A stretch of 64,000 nucleotides of DNA from a virus, in the IMG/VR virus record IMGVR_UViG_3300008952_000004, positions 125,714-189,713 of that record; one strand, given 5' to 3'. Under the pieces are notes generated by a model. It worked only from the letters and a program-made list of their open reading frames with translations. It had not been told where the DNA came from and ran no database searches. The translations under genes were made by a program, and so were the position numbers. Of the stretch, positions 19,639 to 27,932 are shown in pieces (position 1 is the first letter of the stretch; each line of letters opens with the position of its first letter).

Positions 19639-19878
19639 ATGATTAATAACCATTCTAAAGGAGATCTCGTTTGCTTACCAGCGGGTGTCAGACTATTGCA
19701 GTTTCACCCATTGAAAACGAGTCCACACTCCAGTGTAAAAAAATATAAAGATGTGAAAAAGCCAACTAACGTTTTACTTATTAATAGAGGCTCATTATAT
19801 AATGAGGTCATTTATCAGGGCGAGCGCTGGCACGTAGAACGTCATGACGTTTACCCGAAGAGGTTAAAAAATGAATAG
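19639..19878 (+). CDS. Hypothetical SH3-like protein
   Basis: KGDLV motif, beta-rich. Confidence 0.55.
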   Translation: MINNHSKGDLVCLPAGVRLLQFHPLKTSPHSSVKKYKDVKKPTNVLLINRGSLYNEVIYQGERWHVERHDVYPKRLKNE

Positions 19879-20203
19879 TATTAAATTGGTGGAAGTAGTT
19901 CCACAGAGAAATTTAACTAACGAGGGGACGTCTGAGAGACGTCAGGCATATACCTTGAGAGAAGTGTTTGTAAACCCAGAGCATGTGGTCTGTATGCGCC
20001 CAGACGAATCGATGAGACAAAAACTTGCCGATAGTATGCTACCAGATGATATGGATTCTAGGCAGGAATTCACAAAGATTTACATTAATCGAGGTCAGAC
20101 CGGCTTAGATATAACAGTCGTTGGCTCGCCCGCGATGGTTGAAAAGAAGATCCGTGAAAAACAAAATAAAATAAGAAAACAACTGTTAAGGGGGAACACA
20201 TAG
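19871..20203 (+). CDS. Hypothetical protein
   Basis: GAGG SD, coupled ORF. Confidence 0.6.
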   Translation: MNSIKLVEVVPQRNLTNEGTSERRQAYTLREVFVNPEHVVCMRPDESMRQKLADSMLPDDMDSRQEFTKIYINRGQTGLDITVVGSPAMVEKKIREKQNKIRKQLLRGNT

Positions 20204-20207
20204 TAAA

Positions 20208-20525
20208 ATGTATTATCAAGTTTTTGGAAAACGTCGTTGCAAATTTTGTACAAAGGCAGCGAAATTGCTAGAGTCAAAAAAGATTGAATATGTTATAACC
20301 TATTTTGACAAGGCACCCAATGTTCTTAAAGATTTAAAAGATAATTTGGAATGGGAAACAGTACCGATGGTCCTTGAGGTTAGTGGACCACGATCAACTT
20401 TTTTGGGTGGATATACAGAATTGGAGGAGTATCTAAATGGCACGAAAACAGAAGAAAAAACAGGTCGCGGCGAAGGTGTCGACGTCGATGCAGCCCATAC
20501 CGTGCAAGCTGAGGGAACTAACTGA
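20208..20525 (+). CDS. Glutaredoxin/NrdH-like redoxin
   Basis: CKFC active site, TVP cis-Pro, FLGGYTEL. Confidence 0.9.
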   Translation: MYYQVFGKRRCKFCTKAAKLLESKKIEYVITYFDKAPNVLKDLKDNLEWETVPMVLEVSGPRSTFLGGYTELEEYLNGTKTEEKTGRGEGVDVDAAHTVQAEGTN

Positions 20526-20895
20526 GTATGGCAAAGTATTGCCAACGTGGAATCCCGACAAGAAGCGCAAAGGCAGATACACTTCCAGTTGCTATGGAAA
20601 AATTGGCAAAAAGAACTATTGTATTATAGTGGTTGTTGACGGAGACTTCGAGCGCTGGGTCAACGAAGGTCACAGTGATGAAGAAATTCTTTTGGGGTGT
20701 ATTAACTTTTTAAACACTCCACCTCCTAGAAAAAAATATGCTAAAAAAACACCCCAGCCGTTGTACGGCGACCTAGCCCTTATAAAGCACCAGCGGAAAG
20801 AAGATTCAGAACATGGGCTTTATTATGTGGCTGTGCTCAAGACGAATCAGAAGAAAAATAAAAACTTTTGGGGAGTTGGGTACGAAACAAAGTGA
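20437..20895 (+). CDS. Hypothetical basic protein
   Basis: GGAGGAG SD upstream; overlaps the glutaredoxin tail by 89 nt. Confidence 0.6.
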   Translation: MARKQKKKQVAAKVSTSMQPIPCKLRELTEYGKVLPTWNPDKKRKGRYTSSCYGKIGKKNYCIIVVVDGDFERWVNEGHSDEEILLGCINFLNTPPPRKKYAKKTPQPLYGDLALIKHQRKEDSEHGLYYVAVLKTNQKKNKNFWGVGYETK

Positions 20896-21245
20896 ATCAG
20901 GTAAACAAAGGACTTTTATTTGAAAAAGAGAGGGTTTTAAATCTTCTTAGGGATAACTCACGCCGAAAGACGCTAGTCAAGTGCCACATAGGTGAACAAG
21001 CATCAATATGGAACGACATCGATGCCGTTTTGCAAACTTTGTGTGAATTATATATTTCGATCTGTGCACTAGATAAAATTCTTAAAAAGGTAATCGAAAA
21101 TAATCAGACGGAAGAGTATAATGGTAAGGAGAACTATGTAGTATCAGAGCAAGAGGGCATGATAATGCAGAGTCTCTTGATTCCAGCGATATTAGATCTT
21201 AAACTTCAGACAGAGGCTTATGGTTTAAGCCTTGCAATCAACTAA
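20892..21245 (+). CDS. Hypothetical protein
   Basis: GTG start overlapping upstream TGA (ORF track starts at 20868). Confidence 0.5.
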   Translation: MNQVNKGLLFEKERVLNLLRDNSRRKTLVKCHIGEQASIWNDIDAVLQTLCELYISICALDKILKKVIENNQTEEYNGKENYVVSEQEGMIMQSLLIPAILDLKLQTEAYGLSLAIN

Positions 21246-21259
21246 CGGGGTTAAATATA

Positions 21260-21478
21260 ATGAAAGATGATTATCAACCAAAATACTCTGTTGGGTATAG
21301 CTATAGAATCGGTAATGTATTATACATAATTGAGAAAATTAAAGATGGGATGTATTATGAAAGAAGCTCGAATTTTATTGGCTATAGTTGTGTTCGTTGT
21401 GATGTGTTTGATTCCAATCACGGTTCTAGCGTAGCAGTATCTAGGGGCATCGGGCTACCATCCCATCCGGAGGCTTAA
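21260..21478 (+). CDS. Hypothetical protein
   Basis: 72 aa ORF in operon. Confidence 0.45.
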   Translation: MKDDYQPKYSVGYSYRIGNVLYIIEKIKDGMYYERSSNFIGYSCVRCDVFDSNHGSSVAVSRGIGLPSHPEA

Positions 21479-22395
21479 TGGTGGATCCACACCAGAGGTT
21501 TAAGTCTTACAGAGGTACGAAATGCTGGCAGGCTCATATCTCAGAGATTAATCGCGAAGATGATCTAAGGATCGCAAATCTTACGGAAGAAAACGTGGCA
21601 AAATTACGAATTAGCGATTTTGAATTTTCCTATGTTCCAAGTAATCAGAAGAACCTGTGCAGAGAAATTAAAGAGTTCATTGAGCGGCACGAGTGGCTTG
21701 CAAAACTTCCGAATCGACCAACACATAGATTCACAGTGAGGTTAAAAAAGAGTGGGGTTCTGGCAGGTACTATTATTATGGCTACACCCAATGCATTTTC
21801 AAACTTATTGGGAAAAGAAAATCGGGACAAAGAAAAATTAATTTCCCGAGGTGCCTGTATTTCTTGGGGTCCAAAAAACCTTGGTTCTTGGCTGATCATG
21901 CAGTCCATTAGATGGATGGTTCAAAACACCAACTTTCGCTACTTTACAGCATATTCCGATCCGGAGGCTAAAGAGCTTGGTACCATATACCAAGCATGTA
22001 ATTTTCATTATCTAGGGCAGACAAGCGGAACAACTTTTCAATACTTAGACCCAGATCACCCTGAGAAGGGTTGGTTTAGTGATAGGGAATTTCGCAAGAA
22101 ATCAAAATATTATCGTTATGCCGCAGCTATTGGAATCGATAAAGAAACTTGGAAAAGTTGTATGAAAAAATATTCTCCAAACTGGGATGTTATTCCTCCG
22201 AATGTAAAAGTTAAAATTAAAGCAGAGGAGGCAAAATATAGAGACAGTTGTATAAAACGCTCTGTACCCGCTAAACACAAATATTGCTATATTCTGGGTA
22301 AGGGAAAGAAAGAAACCAAAACCTTGCTTGAGAATTTCGCTAAAAATAGTCCAGGTAAACAAAACTTATCTTACCCGAAAAACAGGGGGAGTTAG
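21478..22395 (+). CDS. Mom-like GNAT-fold DNA adenine modification protein
   Basis: KEFIERHEW, ISRGAC, LGSWLI, AYSDP..E.GTIYQACNFHYLGQT match the Mu Mom family pattern (SYAD...GTIYQA.NW.Y.G). Confidence 0.75.
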   Translation: MVDPHQRFKSYRGTKCWQAHISEINREDDLRIANLTEENVAKLRISDFEFSYVPSNQKNLCREIKEFIERHEWLAKLPNRPTHRFTVRLKKSGVLAGTIIMATPNAFSNLLGKENRDKEKLISRGACISWGPKNLGSWLIMQSIRWMVQNTNFRYFTAYSDPEAKELGTIYQACNFHYLGQTSGTTFQYLDPDHPEKGWFSDREFRKKSKYYRYAAAIGIDKETWKSCMKKYSPNWDVIPPNVKVKIKAEEAKYRDSCIKRSVPAKHKYCYILGKGKKETKTLLENFAKNSPGKQNLSYPKNRGS

Positions 22396-22429
22396 TAAGT
22401 TACTATTGGTACTTTTTATAAAAAAAAAC

Positions 22430-22457
22430 TTGACATTCCGCGCCAGATGCTTATAAT
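22430..22457 (+). promoter_or_regulatory. sigma70-like promoter of hsp20
   Basis: TTGACA-N16-TATAAT. Confidence 0.75.
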
Positions 22458-22463
22458 ATAGAT

Positions 22464-22531
22464 AAGCCATCAACACCGCTATTAGGGTGTAATGGCTTTT
22501 GTAACTTGCTTTAAAAGGAGAAAACAAAATG
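22464..22531 (+). promoter_or_regulatory. ROSE-like RNA thermometer candidate in hsp20 5' UTR
   Basis: 5' hairpin AAGCCAT..ACACC/GGTGT..ATGGCTT plus CUUGCUU able to pair with the AAGGAG SD with a bulged G. Confidence 0.55.
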
Positions 22532-22981
22532 ACAAATGCAGCACTTACAACCTATTTCAATAGACGACCGAGCCTTGTTGGCGAGAATGTCTTTAATGAG
22601 TTTTTTAACGGAATGTTTCAAGACATTCCAACTTTGGTCAAGCAGACCACACAGGGATACCCCGTCACTGATATCTATGAGGACGAGACTGGTAACACAG
22701 TCTTAGAATTCGCCTTAGCTGGCTTTCAAAAGGAGAATGTGCATGTCACAGTAAATCCAGAGAAAAATAGAATTGACGTCAGTTCTGATAGTCATGGTGA
22801 TGAGGACAGTTCAGCGCTGAAAACTCGTAGGATTGCTCGGAGAGCTTTTCATAAGACGTTTGTAAATTATAATAATAATTTGGATTTAGCAAAGGTATCT
22901 GCGTCGTTCGAGAATGGGTTGTTGCGCGTTACAGTGCCGGTACGCCCGGAAGCTGAACCGTTAGTTGTTAAAATTAAATAA
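22529..22981 (+). CDS. Small heat shock protein Hsp20/IbpA family
   Basis: GYPVTDI, LEFALAGF, RRIARRAFHKTF, ASFENGLLRVTVP alpha-crystallin motifs. Confidence 0.92.
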   Translation: MTNAALTTYFNRRPSLVGENVFNEFFNGMFQDIPTLVKQTTQGYPVTDIYEDETGNTVLEFALAGFQKENVHVTVNPEKNRIDVSSDSHGDEDSSALKTRRIARRAFHKTFVNYNNNLDLAKVSASFENGLLRVTVPVRPEAEPLVVKIK

Positions 22982-23007
22982 AATTATTACAACTTTTATA
23001 TTATAAT

Positions 23008-23045
23008 AAAGGGGGACGGAATCCGTCCCCCTTTTGTGTTTTTAC
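23008..23045 (+). terminator. Intrinsic terminator
   Basis: GGGGGACGG-AAT-CCGTCCCCC stem followed by TTTTGTGTTTTT. Confidence 0.85.
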
Positions 23046-23088
23046 CTTTCGAAAGAACTAATTATTAAAGTTAGTAACAGGAGCCCAC

Positions 23089-23352
23089 GTGATGATAATA
23101 ACAAAACAAGTCTTAAAAGAGATGATAGTCGAAGAGATACAAAAAAGTCTTCTAAGCGAAGAGATAGCCGAAGAGGCAGATCCCGCTCAGGCATATGTTG
23201 ATTGGATCGTTGCGATTCAAGAAGCTGCTACTGAAGCTTTAAAAGAAGTTGAGAGCGGCACCGAACCTTATGAAGCTGCATTTAGCTCTCGACTAAACCA
23301 ATTGGCGTTCGGCTTAACTGGTGAAGATTTTTACCACCACTACTTTAGCTAG
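23089..23352 (+). CDS. Hypothetical protein with class B leader
   Basis: (M)IITKQVLKEMIVEE; AGGAG SD. Confidence 0.65.
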   Translation: MMIITKQVLKEMIVEEIQKSLLSEEIAEEADPAQAYVDWIVAIQEAATEALKEVESGTEPYEAAFSSRLNQLAFGLTGEDFYHHYFS

Positions 23353-23363
23353 GAGAATAAATA

Positions 23364-24296
23364 ATGGGAAAGAAAAGACTTACAGAAATTGCAGTTAGGG
23401 AGTGGGCTCAGTATTTGCGCGAGGCAGAATCTGCCACTGCTGCTGCCAGTGAGGCAGAAGTCACTGCGACTACTGATTTATCTGATTTGCATAAAAAAGC
23501 AAAAGATGCTCACAAAAATCGGGGTAAGGCTCTACAGGACCTAGCCTCTGCTGCTGAAGTTGAGAAAAAGGTTGCAACTGACGCCCAGGCAATTGAGGGC
23601 GATCGCGCTAATGCCTATAAAGCTGCCATTACGGCAAGGGACACCTCCAGTGATTTGCGTGATCAAAACAGCAAAGCAAACAAGAAAAAAGAAGATATTT
23701 TAAAAAGGTCAGCCGATGCACAAGAAAAGAAGGCGAAGGCTGATGAACTTAGCGCCAAAGCCGCAGAAGCAATTGCAAAATCGGCTGAAGAAGTGGCTGA
23801 TCTTGAAAACACAATGGCGAAAATTAACTCTCAATTTGAAAAAGCAAATCAAGAATTAAATAAAGCATCTGAAATGTTTGCAGATCTGGATAATCAAGCC
23901 GCAGACATATCAAAGCAGAAAGCCGCTGCTGCTGAGCAGCGCAAATCTGCTCAAGAGCAAGCAGCGACCGCTGCTGAGGAAGCAAGCAAGTTGAGCGATG
24001 AGTTCCAAAAGGCACATCAAGCATCTGCTGACGCTGCCGAAGATACAGCAACAGCTATAGAGGATGATGAAGAAGCCGAAGAAGCGGAAGAAGAAGCCGA
24101 AGAAGAGGAAGAAGAAGAGGAAGAAGAAGAGAAAGAAGATGAGGAGCAAGAGAGGGAAGAAAAAGAAGCAGATCGGCAAGCGGCAGACGAAGAAGCTGCG
24201 GAAGAAGCCGAGGAAGAAGCTGCGGAAGAAGCCGAGGAAGAAGCTGAGGAGCCTGATCTAAAGGATATTAAGGAGATATTTAAGAGATATCTATAG
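23364..24296 (+). CDS. Ala/Glu-rich coiled-coil protein with acidic tail
   Basis: AGGAG SD; N-terminal LTEIAVREWAQYLRE; poly-Glu C-terminus. Confidence 0.75.
   Translation: MGKKRLTEIAVREWAQYLREAESATAAASEAEVTATTDLSDLHKKAKDAHKNRGKALQDLASAAEVEKKVATDAQAIEGDRANAYKAAITARDTSSDLRDQNSKANKKKEDILKRSADAQEKKAKADELSAKAAEAIAKSAEEVADLENTMAKINSQFEKANQELNKASEMFADLDNQAADISKQKAAAAEQRKSAQEQAATAAEEASKLSDEFQKAHQASADAAEDTATAIEDDEEAEEAEEEAEEEEEEEEEEEKEDEEQEREEKEADRQAADEEAAEEAEEEAAEEAEEEAEEPDLKDIKEIFKRYL
24189..24246 (+). repeat. 24-bp tandem repeat (about 2.4 copies) encoding EEAAEEAE
   Basis: GAAGAAGCTGCGGAAGAAGCCGAG repeated. Confidence 0.85.
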
Positions 24297-24302
24297 AGGT
24301 GA

Positions 24303-24611
24303 TTGATGCGACGTCGTGCAACAAACCAATATAAAAATTTAAAATATTTAGTATATTTTTTACTCATGGTTGCATTTTGGACAATGCTATTGTGTGGTCC
24401 AATGGTCGCTAATGGAAAAACCGCACCGCCAAATTCTGCCAGATCTAAATTTTATGACTTTAGTGAGCAGTTGATCGACGGTGAAATAAAAAAGCCAACT
24501 GCTCTATATACAGACGCCCGCGCCCGCGCAAAATTCGAACGACTTTTAAGACTCAAGAGATCATTTATGAGAGAATTATTCAATACAGCAAAAGAAAAAG
24601 TTTTTAAGTAA
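24303..24611 (+). CDS. CglF/GltF-like (myxobacterial gliding motility) exported protein
   Basis: Signal/TM segment then DFSEQLIDGEIKKPTALY..R..FERLLRLKRSFMREL, matching the recalled CglF pattern DFxDxxVEGELxKPxxxY..RxxxxFxxLIxxRxxFxxEL. Confidence 0.65.
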   Translation: MMRRRATNQYKNLKYLVYFLLMVAFWTMLLCGPMVANGKTAPPNSARSKFYDFSEQLIDGEIKKPTALYTDARARAKFERLLRLKRSFMRELFNTAKEKVFK

Positions 24612-24627
24612 CGCAAGGAGATAATAA

Positions 24628-24747
24628 ATGTCTAAATATGACGATTTGATGCATAGTTATACTGTTGCCAAAGCGGCTGAAAATATTGATTGGTCCTCTG
24701 AATCTGGCACCACCAAGTTAATCGCTTGCACTTATCACGCGGGGTAG
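24628..24747 (+). CDS. Small hypothetical protein (39 aa, absent from ORF track)
   Basis: AAGGAG SD, ATG 24628, TAG ending 24747. Confidence 0.5.
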   Translation: MSKYDDLMHSYTVAKAAENIDWSSESGTTKLIACTYHAG

Positions 24748-24751
24748 AAAA

Positions 24752-24928
24752 ATGAAATTGCCTGACATGAAACAAGTTTTAATCGCCTGCGTGGGTATCA
24801 ATGTTGCCCTCCTTGCCGGAGGTTTAGCCTTGGAGGACTACCAACTCGTAACACTGGCAGTGCTTTCAGGAGCTTCTTGCTTGCTGGGCATCCGTGTTAG
24901 AAGGCAGATCGACGAGGAGCAGGAATGA
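24752..24928 (+). CDS. Small two-TM membrane protein (58 aa, absent from ORF track)
   Basis: MKLPDMKQVLIACVGINVALLAGGLAL..LVTLAVLSGASCLLGIR; stop overlaps next ATG. Confidence 0.55.
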   Translation: MKLPDMKQVLIACVGINVALLAGGLALEDYQLVTLAVLSGASCLLGIRVRRQIDEEQE

Positions 24929-25530
24929 AACTTATAATGGAAAGCTTCAGGAAGTTTATTAACGAGGCTCCAATGGAGTTGTCTAAAACGACAGGTCTTT
25001 ATGTGGAAGATTCTTTTATCGCTGTTTATGATTATTATGCGATGAGGGCATCAATTAAAAGATCTTTGGGCAGCGAAGAGCACATGGAGAAAGTAGGTAA
25101 AGCGATTCTCGGTGCTATGCGCTTGGGCTTTCGCTCTGGAAATATGGTTGTTGAAGAAGTATGGGCACAGAAAGGCTACGGACCACTCCTGTACAGGCTT
25201 GCTCTTGAACAGTCTTCGCAGCACGGGTTAGCCCCATCCAGAGTCAAAGGCGAGGTTTCCGATGCTGCGTCAAGCGTGTGGAAGGAATTCTATGACGGCA
25301 AGGGTGCCGAGTACGCAAAACACAAACCGGCAGAAGAACAAATCCACGGGATAGAGTGGCTGGATGCTGTTTATTATCCCACCAGTACAGTTCAAGGTAA
25401 GGACACATCCGTTGCTTTGAATAAAAAAGTTTTTAACAGAACCTCTGATCCTTACGAGGAGTTGGAAACGAATTTTCTTGAGATTGCCCACTCAAAGTTG
25501 CGAGACGAAATGTCAAAGGTGGGGTACTGA
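24925..25530 (+). CDS. Class A leader + GNAT-like domain
   Basis: MKLIMESFRKFINE; AQKGYGPLLYRLAL..VSDAASSVW resembles the acetyl-CoA-binding loop. Confidence 0.6.
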   Translation: MKLIMESFRKFINEAPMELSKTTGLYVEDSFIAVYDYYAMRASIKRSLGSEEHMEKVGKAILGAMRLGFRSGNMVVEEVWAQKGYGPLLYRLALEQSSQHGLAPSRVKGEVSDAASSVWKEFYDGKGAEYAKHKPAEEQIHGIEWLDAVYYPTSTVQGKDTSVALNKKVFNRTSDPYEELETNFLEIAHSKLRDEMSKVGY

Positions 25531-26594
25531 TGAAGCTAATAATGGAAAACTGGCGCAGGCACTTGAATGAGATTACCTCTGTTCCGCAGGAGCATATGCA
25601 AGCTTTTAAGGATGCTATAGCCGATTCCAAATTTTGGACGCTCCCACACACTGAAGATGAAATAGACATAGGACCAGCAGAAGAGCTTACCACCCCCGCT
25701 GTTGAGGCTTTGGCTAATTCTTTAAACGATGTTGCCGAAGCCTTGGGAACAGAAATATATTTTCTTTTTACCACGATAAGCGAAGAGGAATATGCGTTGG
25801 GACCGGATAGTCCATATCCCGGCTACCCAAACAACTGGCTGATGCAGGGTGCATATCAGGGACCACAAAAGGGAAAGCATGTGGTTTGGTTTCAATTTCG
25901 ACCGCTAGCTGAAGACTTCGAGATGGCTAAGCTTAATTCCGAGGCTCTGGTTAAGGTGTTATCTCAAACTTTAAATCATGAGCTTGTGCACTATTATCAG
26001 CTTAAAAAGCAAGCTGCAAACAAAGGGATCAGCGACGAAGAAGCATGGGCTGAGCTTGAAAAGGATCCAAAGCAATTGCCACAAGACGGCGAGGAGCAGA
26101 CTTACCTTGGCTTGCACAACGAGATAGATGCATATGCCCATGAAGCAGCAGAGCAACTGTTGGACAAACACTCGCCAGAAGAGGCGCTGGATATAATCCG
26201 AAAGCTGTCGGCAGATAACTTAGAAAAATATCCAGAAATATCTTCGGTTGTTAAAAGATATGTGGAAGTCTTCAAGAGTGATCCAAAAACACTGGACAAA
26301 TTCCGAAAGAAGCTGGTTAAACAGATTGAAAGCCAGTCGGGTATGCAGGAAATATTTAATAATTGGCGAGGGTATTTAAAAGAAATGATTGATTTGGACA
26401 TTGAAGTAGGGGATGTGATCCTCGGTGGGAAATATAAAAATAAAAGAATGATCGTCAAGGACATCGGCGAAGATGAGTTGGGGCAGCCAACCGTAAATGG
26501 GAAACCAATTTTAAAATTCAGGATTGAGAAATTTTTGCCCGACGAAAAAAAGAGCAAGAAGACACTTGATGCGGAGAAGGAGAAAGACGAATGA
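25530..26594 (+). CDS. Class A leader + HExxH metallopeptidase-like domain + internal leader + C-terminal beta module
   Basis: MKLIMENWRRHLNE; LNHELVHYYQ..NEIDAYA; internal MQEIFNNWRGYLKE at 26343. Confidence 0.7.
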   Translation: MKLIMENWRRHLNEITSVPQEHMQAFKDAIADSKFWTLPHTEDEIDIGPAEELTTPAVEALANSLNDVAEALGTEIYFLFTTISEEEYALGPDSPYPGYPNNWLMQGAYQGPQKGKHVVWFQFRPLAEDFEMAKLNSEALVKVLSQTLNHELVHYYQLKKQAANKGISDEEAWAELEKDPKQLPQDGEEQTYLGLHNEIDAYAHEAAEQLLDKHSPEEALDIIRKLSADNLEKYPEISSVVKRYVEVFKSDPKTLDKFRKKLVKQIESQSGMQEIFNNWRGYLKEMIDLDIEVGDVILGGKYKNKRMIVKDIGEDELGQPTVNGKPILKFRIEKFLPDEKKSKKTLDAEKEKDE

Positions 26595-26881
26595 AATTTC
26601 TAATGGAAAGATGGAAAAGGTTTGTGAACGAGAACGAAGTCTACGACCAGAAGAGCTACGACTTGGGCTTGTCCAACGAAGACGGCACCAGAACTCAATC
26701 CGGCAAGCTTCTAGGGAATATCGCAAAGAGAGGACGAGAAGGTTATACCCCATCTGCGGGGCAAAAAACGATTCTTTCCATTCTCAGTGATGAAGGCTTG
26801 ATCAGTTATGGACTTCACCCTATGGGCGGCTCAAGAGCAGTCATCACTGATAAAGGACTAGACGCATTGTCTGGTATATAG
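26591..26881 (+). CDS. Class A leader + small domain (possible winged helix)
   Basis: MKFLMERWKRFVNE; LSILSDEGLI..ITDKGL. Confidence 0.6.
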   Translation: MKFLMERWKRFVNENEVYDQKSYDLGLSNEDGTRTQSGKLLGNIAKRGREGYTPSAGQKTILSILSDEGLISYGLHPMGGSRAVITDKGLDALSGI

Positions 26882-26898
26882 AAGAAGGAAAAAGAAGA

Positions 26899-27351
26899 AT
26901 GAAACTTATAATGGAAAACTTTAGGAAATTTATTAAAGAGGCACAATGGGGAGGCTTTACTGGAGGCGCCGCGCCATTAGATGAACCAGCACCAGACAGC
27001 GGAGTTGTCCCTCCCGAACAGCTAAGAAAGATGTGGGAGATCTATATTGAAATGGGTATGAGCCCCGAAGAGATTTTACAAACCCCAGAGTTTGTTGAAG
27101 CTGGGATTACCGATCCCGAGCAATTGCAAGAAGCAATCACTCTTGATATTGAAGTCGGAGATATTGTTCTCGGCGGCAAGTATAAAAATAAAAGAATCGA
27201 GGTCAAAGAGATTGGCACAGATGATATTGGTCAGCCGACCATCAATGGCAAATCGCTTTTAAAATTTAGAATTGAGAAACAACTACCAGACAGCAAAAAG
27301 AGCAAAAAAACGCTTGATGCGGAAAAAAAGGAAGAGGGGTCAAAAGAATGA
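26899..27351 (+). CDS. Class A leader + C-terminal module paralogous to that of 25530-26594
   Basis: MKLIMENFRKFIKE; LDIEVGDIVLGGKYKNKR..GQPTING..LKFRIEK. Confidence 0.75.
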   Translation: MKLIMENFRKFIKEAQWGGFTGGAAPLDEPAPDSGVVPPEQLRKMWEIYIEMGMSPEEILQTPEFVEAGITDPEQLQEAITLDIEVGDIVLGGKYKNKRIEVKEIGTDDIGQPTINGKSLLKFRIEKQLPDSKKSKKTLDAEKKEEGSKE

Positions 27352-27929
27352 AGAAAATACTAACAGAGTGGCGTAAATATGCCATGAAAGAAGCTTACTA
27401 TGGGGGCGTACCGGGCGAACCAGAAACGCCAGCAGGGTATGGAGGTGCGCTTGACGCAGCGAAGGCTCAGCAACACTTGAGCGATGAGATCGATGACCTA
27501 GTTCGTTTGGGCAAGATAGATATTAATGACTTGTCCGTTGAAACCCTCAGAGCAAATCAAGAAATCCCGTGGGATAAATTTCAAGCCATTGACGATGAAG
27601 TTTTAGGAGATATCATTCGAGACTATCAGAGGAAAAAGAAATTTTATAGAGAGAGTTTGCAAGAAGAACCGCGTGGAGTCTCAGACTTACTTAAGTCGGC
27701 AGAGATGATCCGGTGGCACCTTGGAGCGCTTACAAATGATGCGGGGGACTTGGCTATGCTCACGCAACAACATCAAGAAACCATTGATGAGCTTTTAGCA
27801 GGGCAGAATTTTGAAGAAGCTGTCAAAGCCCTTGAACCCTATATTGAAAAGCTGGGACCATTGGCTCAGGACATCGCGACTGCCCATAAAGATCTTCAGC
27901 TTTTGAAAGACTCACTCAAGGACGGCTAG
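27348..27929 (+). CDS. Class A leader + helical hypothetical
   Basis: MKKILTEWRKYAMKE. Confidence 0.65.
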   Translation: MKKILTEWRKYAMKEAYYGGVPGEPETPAGYGGALDAAKAQQHLSDEIDDLVRLGKIDINDLSVETLRANQEIPWDKFQAIDDEVLGDIIRDYQRKKKFYRESLQEEPRGVSDLLKSAEMIRWHLGALTNDAGDLAMLTQQHQETIDELLAGQNFEEAVKALEPYIEKLGPLAQDIATAHKDLQLLKDSLKDG

Positions 27930-27932
27930 CCC

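Noticed and set aside
24017-24367. Ser-rich minus-strand ORF and Lys/Arg-rich alternate frame
   Set aside because: These are by-products of the GAA-rich poly-Glu coding region of 23364-24296.
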